Shown: one piece after another, positions 56,630-64,000 of the stretch
How positions within the stretch are numbered: position 1 is the stretch's first letter
Layout: each line of letters begins with the position of its first letter
Source: an uncultured Gammaproteobacteria bacterium
GTDB lineage: Bacteria > Patescibacteriota > Patescibacteriia > Patescibacteriales > BS150m-G62
Direction of reading: 5' to 3'
Length of the DNA: 64,000 nucleotides
NCBI GenBank assembly: GCA_964569045.1
Contig: CAZMSR010000004.1
Location: 6,244-70,243, forward strand
Translations under genes and position numbers: made by a program
Notes under the pieces: generated by a model
Database searches by the model: none
Seen by the model: only the letters and a program-made list of their open reading frames with translations
What the model was told of the DNA's origin: nothing

Positions 56630-59600
56630 TTGAACAATGCCTAAAAAAGCTATTAATCTAGTCAAACATCATTACAGTAATTTAACTAATAGCCATAAGC
56701 ATTTACCATGGTTGTTGGTTTTATTTATTTTTGTGAATATCTTTGCTATGTCAATGGGTTTTTTTATGTCTAAAAAAACACCATTTATACATCCTTATGC
56801 TGGAGTTGTATTGGCAAGTGGTGGTACCGCGCCTACTTTAGCGCTTGATTCAAATATAAAATTATTGGTTCATTCTGATACATCTAACGGTTCCCAGGTT
56901 TTTATTGATAGTTCTTCGTATAGTCATACTGTTGATTATTTTGATGCTATTGCTCATGAAACTGTTGTCGGTGGAGGACCAACGCCAGTATTCGGAGGTA
57001 GTTCTATTCAGTGTGTTCGTGATGGACGTTTAGAGGTTGTTGATAAAACTAATATTCAGTGGGGTGAACAGCCGTTAGTTATTGAGTCTTGGGTGAGATT
57101 TAATGATGTTGGTAATTGGGATAATTTTTTTGGTGATGGTGGTTCTGATAATGGTGGGATTTGGATTACTTTTGGTCCACCAACTGGAGCTAGATTAGAA
57201 GTTTTTCAAGGCTCATCTCGCGTTGTAGATCTCAATACTGGTGCTGATTGGAGTGGTTGGTTAGCAGATACGTGGTATCATTTTGCAGTTGTTTATGATT
57301 TAAATGGTTGGGGGATATTTAGAGATGGTGTAAGACTAAGTTATACGGCTAATACTGCGTATCCAGGTCCATCAACCACCCCACTCACTTTTGGACATTA
57401 TTTTGATGGTCATATTGATGAAGCTAGTGTATCTATTGGTACTGACAAAGGATGGATTAATGGCTTTACTCCCCCGGCATCTCCTTATTCTGCGTCTCCT
57501 ACAATATCCGGCACAGAAGAAACCGGTGCTACTTTAACCGGAAATTATACATACCAAGACGCTGAAAGTGATCCTGAAGGAACTTCATTATTTCGTTGGT
57601 TAAGTTCAGATACACTAGACGGCACTTATACTCCAATTAGTGGAGCAACTAGCCAAACTTATGTGGTTGACCAAGCATATCTTGGAAAATATCTTAAATT
57701 TGAAGTTACTCCGGTTTCTACCATATCCCCAATTACAGGTAATGCATATTTAAGTGCAGCAACCGGTGCAATAGCGCAAGGAGAGGTGTCACCAACTGCA
57801 ACTAGTTTAAGCATTAGCGGGACCACAGCAATAGGTGAAACTTTAACCGGTAATTATACTTATTCAGATTTAAATGGAGATACAGAGAGTGGATCAGAAT
57901 ATCAATGGTATCGCGCTGCTACAGCTGAAGGTGCATATTCAGCAATTGGCGGAGCAATTTCGCAAACTTATGATTTAGTAATGGCTGATTATCAAAAGTA
58001 CCTTAAATTTGAAGTTACTCCTGTAGCCGATACTGCCCCTACAACAGGAAATTCAGCTACATCTAGTGCTAGTGCGCAGGTTATTGGGACAATGCCAATA
58101 TTAATGCAAAATGGAATTGATTCAAATACAAAATTATTACTACATAATGATGGAAATGGAACAGCCTTTGTAGACGATTCTAATAATGGACATTCTATTG
58201 CTGCTCAAGGTAGTGCTACCCAAAGTGCTACCCAAAGTAAATTTGGTGGGAAAAGTATTTATTTTGATGGTGGGGCTAATGGAGTATCAATCCCGGCTAG
58301 TACTGATTTTGCTTTTGGCACTAATGATTTTACTATTGATTTTTGGATGTATTTTAGTCAAGTTAGAGAAAATCAATATTTTTATGATATTGGCTCAAAT
58401 CAAGAGCAATTTAGACTTTATCAAGGTTATTGGGATTTATACAATTCATCAGGTGGTCAAATTTTTCATATTGCAAATACTCCTAGTGCTGCTTCATGGC
58501 ATCATATTGCCTTGGTTCGCAGTGGTAATACTTTTGAGTTATTTTTAGATGGAACATCTTTAGGTTCAAGTACATATACTGGTACATATGGTAGTAGTGC
58601 CAATACTTTTATGATTGGAAATTATGGCGGAGTAATAGCAGGCGTTGCCTTAGATGGCTATGTAGATGAATTTAGAATTTCTAAAGGAGTTGCGCGCTGG
58701 ACTGAAAATTTTACTTTGCCAACACAAATGTATACAGAACAAGTTTATCTAACAGGAACACAAGAAGTCGGCCAAACTTTAACTGGAAATTACACATTTT
58801 ATGATGCAGAATCTGATTCTGAAGGAGTATCTTTATATCAATGGTATCGAGCAGATGGTGCCGAAGGTGCGTATTCTGTTATTAGCGGGGCAACAAATAT
58901 AACTTATGCTTTAACTTCTAGTGATGCAGCTAAATTTATTAAATTTGAAGTAACACCTGTTTCAACTATAGCCCCAACTATAGGTATAACAGCAACGTCT
59001 AGTGCTACAATCGAGGTTGGTGCTCCGCCAACTGCAACTAGTCTAAGTATTATCGGCACAACAACAGTTGGTGAAACCTTAACCGGAAATTATACATATT
59101 TTGATGCTAATTCTGATTCTGAGGCCACTTCACTTTACCAATGGTATCGAGCTGATACAGCTGAAGGTACATATGCTGCTATTAGCGGAGCAACTTCACA
59201 AGCTTATGTTGCTACTTCTACTGATTTAAATAAATACCTTAAATTTGAAGTTACTCCTGTGGCTGATACTGCCCCAACTATTGGTGAGGTAGCTACAAGT
59301 ACGTCAGTTGGTCCTATAATTGAAGTCGCAGTAGCTCCTGTGGCAACTAATGTAAGTATTAATGGGAACGCTGTAGTTGGTCAGAGTTTATCTGGTGCTT
59401 ATACCTATTCTGATGAAAATAATGATGCTGAAAATTTATCAACATTTAGATGGTTAAGGTCTGATGCTGTTGATGGTAGTTATGTTGCGATATCCGGAGC
59501 TACAAGTTTAAGTTATACTTTAGTAAGTGCTGATGAAAGTAAATACATAAAATTTGAAGTAATACCTAAAGCGGTTAATGCCCCAACTAATGGAGATGTT

Positions 59601-59651
59601 GTGCTTAGTACTGCGTCAGATCAAATTGTATCAACCCCTGTGTCTAATTTA
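56630..59651 (+). repeat. tandem duplication, copy 1 (period 4349 bp)
   Basis: Identical to 60979-64000 at every position I compared except 56642 T vs 60991 C. The ORF track gives identical alternate-frame peptides at 58186 and 62535. Confidence 0.9.
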
Positions 59652-60860
59652 GTTCCTCAAACTACTGGAGTTAGTGTTAGTGGTTCAAAATTAATTGGAT
59701 CAGTGTTAACCGGTGGATACATATACTCTGATTATGAGAATGATATTGAAGGAAGCTCTATTTTTAGATGGCTAAAAGCAGATACTGAGGATGGTGTTTT
59801 TGTGGCAATCGGCAGTGCTACTGCCGGCACTTATACTTTGGTTGGTGGTGATGTTAATAAATATTTAAAATTTGAAGTTACTCCTGTGGCAAGCACCGGT
59901 TCAACAACAGGCGAAACGATTCTATCAGATGCTTATGGTCAGATTTATGATCCGGTTACGGTAAAACAGGATTTTACTGCTAGTGCCTCAACTACAATTG
60001 CTATAGCTGATACAAGTTCGCCGGGTACAGCCCAATTGCCAACAGACACTATTGTTATTGAATTAAAAGATGATCAAAAATTAGAATTTAATGATGCTGT
60101 TGAGGCAGATGTAAGTGCAACTAGCACAACAGTATCTACACCATCGGGAGATGTTTCAATTCAAGATGCTATAGCTGATGTTATGGGAACTGCATTTACA
60201 GACACAGAAGTAGATAGTGTTCAATTAGAGTCGGGTATACAAGGAGAGCCAATTGTGATTGCTCAAGGAGGTTTGCAAGTAGAAATTCCTGATGAAACAG
60301 AAATATTTGCTCCAGCTAGTTGGGATGGTACTATTGCTCCACCTGTTATTGTTGAATCAGCTCAAATTCCCGGGCAATCAACCGGTTCTGTTATTTCTAT
60401 GGGGGCTTCCGGTATATCACTTATATTTACAAAGCCTGCTAAAATAGTTATCCCTTCTTCTACCGGTAATCCATTTTATACTGTTAATGGAACTGATTGG
60501 ACAGAGATTACAAATCAATGTAATACAGCTGAAGGTGGTGGCTATAGCTTTCCTGATGAATGTTATTTTAAGACAGGTGATCAAACAATTGTATGGACAT
60601 ATCATTTTACGCAATTTGGAATGGGGTCGACGAATTTAAATTTACATCTGTTTAGTAACTATTTTGGAGGAGTTGCTACTACAACTGTTTTTGGTGGTGA
60701 CCCTGAAGGTGATGGTGACTCTCCATTGAAAATAAGGAAAGAAGGTGTAACCTATAGAATACCAGTTGTGGCTACATCTAGTCCTTATGCATCAAATTGG
60801 AGAATATTAATAGATGGTGTTGTTAGAGCTATTAAAATGTTTGGATGGAGGGTTGATTAA
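56637..60860 (+). CDS. giant N-terminally anchored surface protein: two LamG-like domains, six ~95-aa beta-repeats and a unique C-terminal domain
   Basis: 1407-aa ORF. A TM helix spans aa 23-44. The LamG/concanavalin-like blocks are FGGSSIQCVRDG...WYHFAVVYD...FDGHIDEASVS and FGGKSIYFDGG...DFTIDFWMYF...WHHIALVRSGNTFELFLDG...DGYVDEFRISKG. There are six repeats of G.TLTGNYTY.D...E..S.[FY][RQ]W[LY]R......Y..I.GAT...Y.......KY[LI]KFEVTPV. Confidence 0.9.
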   Translation: MPKKAINLVKHHYSNLTNSHKHLPWLLVLFIFVNIFAMSMGFFMSKKTPFIHPYAGVVLASGGTAPTLALDSNIKLLVHSDTSNGSQVFIDSSSYSHTVDYFDAIAHETVVGGGPTPVFGGSSIQCVRDGRLEVVDKTNIQWGEQPLVIESWVRFNDVGNWDNFFGDGGSDNGGIWITFGPPTGARLEVFQGSSRVVDLNTGADWSGWLADTWYHFAVVYDLNGWGIFRDGVRLSYTANTAYPGPSTTPLTFGHYFDGHIDEASVSIGTDKGWINGFTPPASPYSASPTISGTEETGATLTGNYTYQDAESDPEGTSLFRWLSSDTLDGTYTPISGATSQTYVVDQAYLGKYLKFEVTPVSTISPITGNAYLSAATGAIAQGEVSPTATSLSISGTTAIGETLTGNYTYSDLNGDTESGSEYQWYRAATAEGAYSAIGGAISQTYDLVMADYQKYLKFEVTPVADTAPTTGNSATSSASAQVIGTMPILMQNGIDSNTKLLLHNDGNGTAFVDDSNNGHSIAAQGSATQSATQSKFGGKSIYFDGGANGVSIPASTDFAFGTNDFTIDFWMYFSQVRENQYFYDIGSNQEQFRLYQGYWDLYNSSGGQIFHIANTPSAASWHHIALVRSGNTFELFLDGTSLGSSTYTGTYGSSANTFMIGNYGGVIAGVALDGYVDEFRISKGVARWTENFTLPTQMYTEQVYLTGTQEVGQTLTGNYTFYDAESDSEGVSLYQWYRADGAEGAYSVISGATNITYALTSSDAAKFIKFEVTPVSTIAPTIGITATSSATIEVGAPPTATSLSIIGTTTVGETLTGNYTYFDANSDSEATSLYQWYRADTAEGTYAAISGATSQAYVATSTDLNKYLKFEVTPVADTAPTIGEVATSTSVGPIIEVAVAPVATNVSINGNAVVGQSLSGAYTYSDENNDAENLSTFRWLRSDAVDGSYVAISGATSLSYTLVSADESKYIKFEVIPKAVNAPTNGDVVLSTASDQIVSTPVSNLVPQTTGVSVSGSKLIGSVLTGGYIYSDYENDIEGSSIFRWLKADTEDGVFVAIGSATAGTYTLVGGDVNKYLKFEVTPVASTGSTTGETILSDAYGQIYDPVTVKQDFTASASTTIAIADTSSPGTAQLPTDTIVIELKDDQKLEFNDAVEADVSATSTTVSTPSGDVSIQDAIADVMGTAFTDTEVDSVQLESGIQGEPIVIAQGGLQVEIPDETEIFAPASWDGTIAPPVIVESAQIPGQSTGSVISMGASGISLIFTKPAKIVIPSSTGNPFYTVNGTDWTEITNQCNTAEGGGYSFPDECYFKTGDQTIVWTYHFTQFGMGSTNLNLHLFSNYFGGVATTTVFGGDPEGDGDSPLKIRKEGVTYRIPVVATSSPYASNWRILIDGVVRAIKMFGWRVD

Positions 60861-60940
60861 GGGTTGTGTTAAGTATTGGTTATGAATAAAATAAAGCTTT
60901 ATTAATAAAATTGGACTTTATAGTTTGAATGCTATGGTTG

Positions 60941-60949
60941 TGTTATAAT
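60941..60949 (+). promoter_or_regulatory. extended -10 promoter for surface-protein gene copy 2
   Basis: TGTTATAAT lies 37 nt upstream of the copy-2 ATG, in unique (non-duplicated) spacer sequence. No clear Shine-Dalgarno sequence follows. Confidence 0.45.
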
Positions 60950-60978
60950 TGTTAATAATATTTGTTTCTTGTTGTTTA

Positions 60979-63900
60979 TTGAACAATGCCCAAAAAAGCT
61001 ATTAATCTAGTCAAACATCATTACAGTAATTTAACTAATAGCCATAAGCATTTACCATGGTTGTTGGTTTTATTTATTTTTGTGAATATCTTTGCTATGT
61101 CAATGGGTTTTTTTATGTCTAAAAAAACACCATTTATACATCCTTATGCTGGAGTTGTATTGGCAAGTGGTGGTACCGCGCCTACTTTAGCGCTTGATTC
61201 AAATATAAAATTATTGGTTCATTCTGATACATCTAACGGTTCCCAGGTTTTTATTGATAGTTCTTCGTATAGTCATACTGTTGATTATTTTGATGCTATT
61301 GCTCATGAAACTGTTGTCGGTGGAGGACCAACGCCAGTATTCGGAGGTAGTTCTATTCAGTGTGTTCGTGATGGACGTTTAGAGGTTGTTGATAAAACTA
61401 ATATTCAGTGGGGTGAACAGCCGTTAGTTATTGAGTCTTGGGTGAGATTTAATGATGTTGGTAATTGGGATAATTTTTTTGGTGATGGTGGTTCTGATAA
61501 TGGTGGGATTTGGATTACTTTTGGTCCACCAACTGGAGCTAGATTAGAAGTTTTTCAAGGCTCATCTCGCGTTGTAGATCTCAATACTGGTGCTGATTGG
61601 AGTGGTTGGTTAGCAGATACGTGGTATCATTTTGCAGTTGTTTATGATTTAAATGGTTGGGGGATATTTAGAGATGGTGTAAGACTAAGTTATACGGCTA
61701 ATACTGCGTATCCAGGTCCATCAACCACCCCACTCACTTTTGGACATTATTTTGATGGTCATATTGATGAAGCTAGTGTATCTATTGGTACTGACAAAGG
61801 ATGGATTAATGGCTTTACTCCCCCGGCATCTCCTTATTCTGCGTCTCCTACAATATCCGGCACAGAAGAAACCGGTGCTACTTTAACCGGAAATTATACA
61901 TACCAAGACGCTGAAAGTGATCCTGAAGGAACTTCATTATTTCGTTGGTTAAGTTCAGATACACTAGACGGCACTTATACTCCAATTAGTGGAGCAACTA
62001 GCCAAACTTATGTGGTTGACCAAGCATATCTTGGAAAATATCTTAAATTTGAAGTTACTCCGGTTTCTACCATATCCCCAATTACAGGTAATGCATATTT
62101 AAGTGCAGCAACCGGTGCAATAGCGCAAGGAGAGGTGTCACCAACTGCAACTAGTTTAAGCATTAGCGGGACCACAGCAATAGGTGAAACTTTAACCGGT
62201 AATTATACTTATTCAGATTTAAATGGAGATACAGAGAGTGGATCAGAATATCAATGGTATCGCGCTGCTACAGCTGAAGGTGCATATTCAGCAATTGGCG
62301 GAGCAATTTCGCAAACTTATGATTTAGTAATGGCTGATTATCAAAAGTACCTTAAATTTGAAGTTACTCCTGTAGCCGATACTGCCCCTACAACAGGAAA
62401 TTCAGCTACATCTAGTGCTAGTGCGCAGGTTATTGGGACAATGCCAATATTAATGCAAAATGGAATTGATTCAAATACAAAATTATTACTACATAATGAT
62501 GGAAATGGAACAGCCTTTGTAGACGATTCTAATAATGGACATTCTATTGCTGCTCAAGGTAGTGCTACCCAAAGTGCTACCCAAAGTAAATTTGGTGGGA
62601 AAAGTATTTATTTTGATGGTGGGGCTAATGGAGTATCAATCCCGGCTAGTACTGATTTTGCTTTTGGCACTAATGATTTTACTATTGATTTTTGGATGTA
62701 TTTTAGTCAAGTTAGAGAAAATCAATATTTTTATGATATTGGCTCAAATCAAGAGCAATTTAGACTTTATCAAGGTTATTGGGATTTATACAATTCATCA
62801 GGTGGTCAAATTTTTCATATTGCAAATACTCCTAGTGCTGCTTCATGGCATCATATTGCCTTGGTTCGCAGTGGTAATACTTTTGAGTTATTTTTAGATG
62901 GAACATCTTTAGGTTCAAGTACATATACTGGTACATATGGTAGTAGTGCCAATACTTTTATGATTGGAAATTATGGCGGAGTAATAGCAGGCGTTGCCTT
63001 AGATGGCTATGTAGATGAATTTAGAATTTCTAAAGGAGTTGCGCGCTGGACTGAAAATTTTACTTTGCCAACACAAATGTATACAGAACAAGTTTATCTA
63101 ACAGGAACACAAGAAGTCGGCCAAACTTTAACTGGAAATTACACATTTTATGATGCAGAATCTGATTCTGAAGGAGTATCTTTATATCAATGGTATCGAG
63201 CAGATGGTGCCGAAGGTGCGTATTCTGTTATTAGCGGGGCAACAAATATAACTTATGCTTTAACTTCTAGTGATGCAGCTAAATTTATTAAATTTGAAGT
63301 AACACCTGTTTCAACTATAGCCCCAACTATAGGTATAACAGCAACGTCTAGTGCTACAATCGAGGTTGGTGCTCCGCCAACTGCAACTAGTCTAAGTATT
63401 ATCGGCACAACAACAGTTGGTGAAACCTTAACCGGAAATTATACATATTTTGATGCTAATTCTGATTCTGAGGCCACTTCACTTTACCAATGGTATCGAG
63501 CTGATACAGCTGAAGGTACATATGCTGCTATTAGCGGAGCAACTTCACAAGCTTATGTTGCTACTTCTACTGATTTAAATAAATACCTTAAATTTGAAGT
63601 TACTCCTGTGGCTGATACTGCCCCAACTATTGGTGAGGTAGCTACAAGTACGTCAGTTGGTCCTATAATTGAAGTCGCAGTAGCTCCTGTGGCAACTAAT
63701 GTAAGTATTAATGGGAACGCTGTAGTTGGTCAGAGTTTATCTGGTGCTTATACCTATTCTGATGAAAATAATGATGCTGAAAATTTATCAACATTTAGAT
63801 GGTTAAGGTCTGATGCTGTTGATGGTAGTTATGTTGCGATATCCGGAGCTACAAGTTTAAGTTATACTTTAGTAAGTGCTGATGAAAGTAAATACATAAA

Positions 63901-64000
63901 ATTTGAAGTAATACCTAAAGCGGTTAATGCCCCAACTAATGGAGATGTTGTGCTTAGTACTGCGTCAGATCAAATTGTATCAACCCCTGTGTCTAATTTA
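60979..64000 (+). repeat. tandem duplication, copy 2 (continues past the window end)
   Basis: See 56630-59651. Identity starts 7 nt upstream of the ATG. Confidence 0.9.
60986..64000 (+). CDS. second copy of the giant LamG/beta-repeat surface protein (first 1005 codons; open at the window end)
   Basis: Absent from the ORF track because no stop falls in the window. Translation is identical to aa 1-1005 of 56637..60860; the only nucleotide difference seen is the synonymous CCT/CCC at codon 2. Confidence 0.88.
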   Translation, partial: MPKKAINLVKHHYSNLTNSHKHLPWLLVLFIFVNIFAMSMGFFMSKKTPFIHPYAGVVLASGGTAPTLALDSNIKLLVHSDTSNGSQVFIDSSSYSHTVDYFDAIAHETVVGGGPTPVFGGSSIQCVRDGRLEVVDKTNIQWGEQPLVIESWVRFNDVGNWDNFFGDGGSDNGGIWITFGPPTGARLEVFQGSSRVVDLNTGADWSGWLADTWYHFAVVYDLNGWGIFRDGVRLSYTANTAYPGPSTTPLTFGHYFDGHIDEASVSIGTDKGWINGFTPPASPYSASPTISGTEETGATLTGNYTYQDAESDPEGTSLFRWLSSDTLDGTYTPISGATSQTYVVDQAYLGKYLKFEVTPVSTISPITGNAYLSAATGAIAQGEVSPTATSLSISGTTAIGETLTGNYTYSDLNGDTESGSEYQWYRAATAEGAYSAIGGAISQTYDLVMADYQKYLKFEVTPVADTAPTTGNSATSSASAQVIGTMPILMQNGIDSNTKLLLHNDGNGTAFVDDSNNGHSIAAQGSATQSATQSKFGGKSIYFDGGANGVSIPASTDFAFGTNDFTIDFWMYFSQVRENQYFYDIGSNQEQFRLYQGYWDLYNSSGGQIFHIANTPSAASWHHIALVRSGNTFELFLDGTSLGSSTYTGTYGSSANTFMIGNYGGVIAGVALDGYVDEFRISKGVARWTENFTLPTQMYTEQVYLTGTQEVGQTLTGNYTFYDAESDSEGVSLYQWYRADGAEGAYSVISGATNITYALTSSDAAKFIKFEVTPVSTIAPTIGITATSSATIEVGAPPTATSLSIIGTTTVGETLTGNYTYFDANSDSEATSLYQWYRADTAEGTYAAISGATSQAYVATSTDLNKYLKFEVTPVADTAPTIGEVATSTSVGPIIEVAVAPVATNVSINGNAVVGQSLSGAYTYSDENNDAENLSTFRWLRSDAVDGSYVAISGATSLSYTLVSADESKYIKFEVIPKAVNAPTNGDVVLSTASDQIVSTPVSNL

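Noticed and set aside
58186-58548. Identical 120-aa ORFs at 58186..58548 and 62535..62897
   Set aside because: These are alternate-frame, Leu/Ile/Val-rich readings inside the giant surface-protein gene. They are identical only because the underlying DNA is duplicated, and are not independent genes.
56637-64000. Diversity-generating retroelement (TR/VR pair) as an explanation for the two near-identical surface-protein sequences
   Set aside because: The copies are >3 kb and essentially identical. The one difference seen is T/C, not adenine-specific. No intact RT is present: the only RT sequence is a 78-codon group II maturase tail 5 kb away. No C-type-lectin VR-like C-terminus was noticed.

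Overview
This is an AT-rich (roughly 30% GC by eye), very gene-dense bacterial window that reads in the standard code; TGA is used as a stop, e.g. 50675-50677. The gene content looks like a Candidate Phyla Radiation / Patescibacteria genome, which is inference only: a minimal housekeeping set, an orphan pilT, a TraD/VirD4-like ATPase module, a sigma-region-4/HARE-HTH protein, giant LamG surface proteins and many small membrane ORFs.

Positions 1-49.1 kb are an almost unbroken minus-strand run of core genes:
- alaS (5' part), manC and uppP
- a lower-glycolysis cluster: pgk, eno, gpmI plus a degenerate gpmI paralogue
- pilT, queH, uppS, a tsaB-like gene and an M50 protease
- a TraD-like ATPase with a membrane partner
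- a PfkB kinase and a GldA/F/G-type ABC system
- tatD, tsaC, hup, mltG, rplU (+), recR, ybaB, dnaB, prfA and rpmE
- a WecA/MraY-type transferase and a membrane-anchored Clp-like AAA+ protein
- cvpA, rsmI, groES-groEL with a CIRCE operator, and mtaB

From 49.2 kb the window becomes accessory. A lemA-TPM pair is followed by tRNA-Lys(UUU). After the tRNA comes a GC-richer graveyard of mobile-element debris: a serine-recombinase tail, a group II intron RT tail, a group II intron 5' end behind a terminator hairpin, an intact DUF1016/YhcG nuclease and an unassigned structured segment. Then come an ftsB-like gene, a P-type ATPase and a 1407-aa LamG/beta-repeat surface protein. That surface-protein gene is tandemly duplicated almost base for base (period 4349 bp), and the second copy runs off the window.

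The least expected signal is non-coding: a family of nested-palindrome, TIR-bounded intergenic repeats at seven or more loci. One copy is caught inserted inside another with a CAAAG target duplication. The TATAC... ends of these repeats resemble outward-facing TGnTATAAT promoters, as in Correia-like MITEs.

No rRNA, CRISPR array, or intact transposase/integrase was seen. All alignments, repeat boundaries and GC statements were made by eye, not computed.
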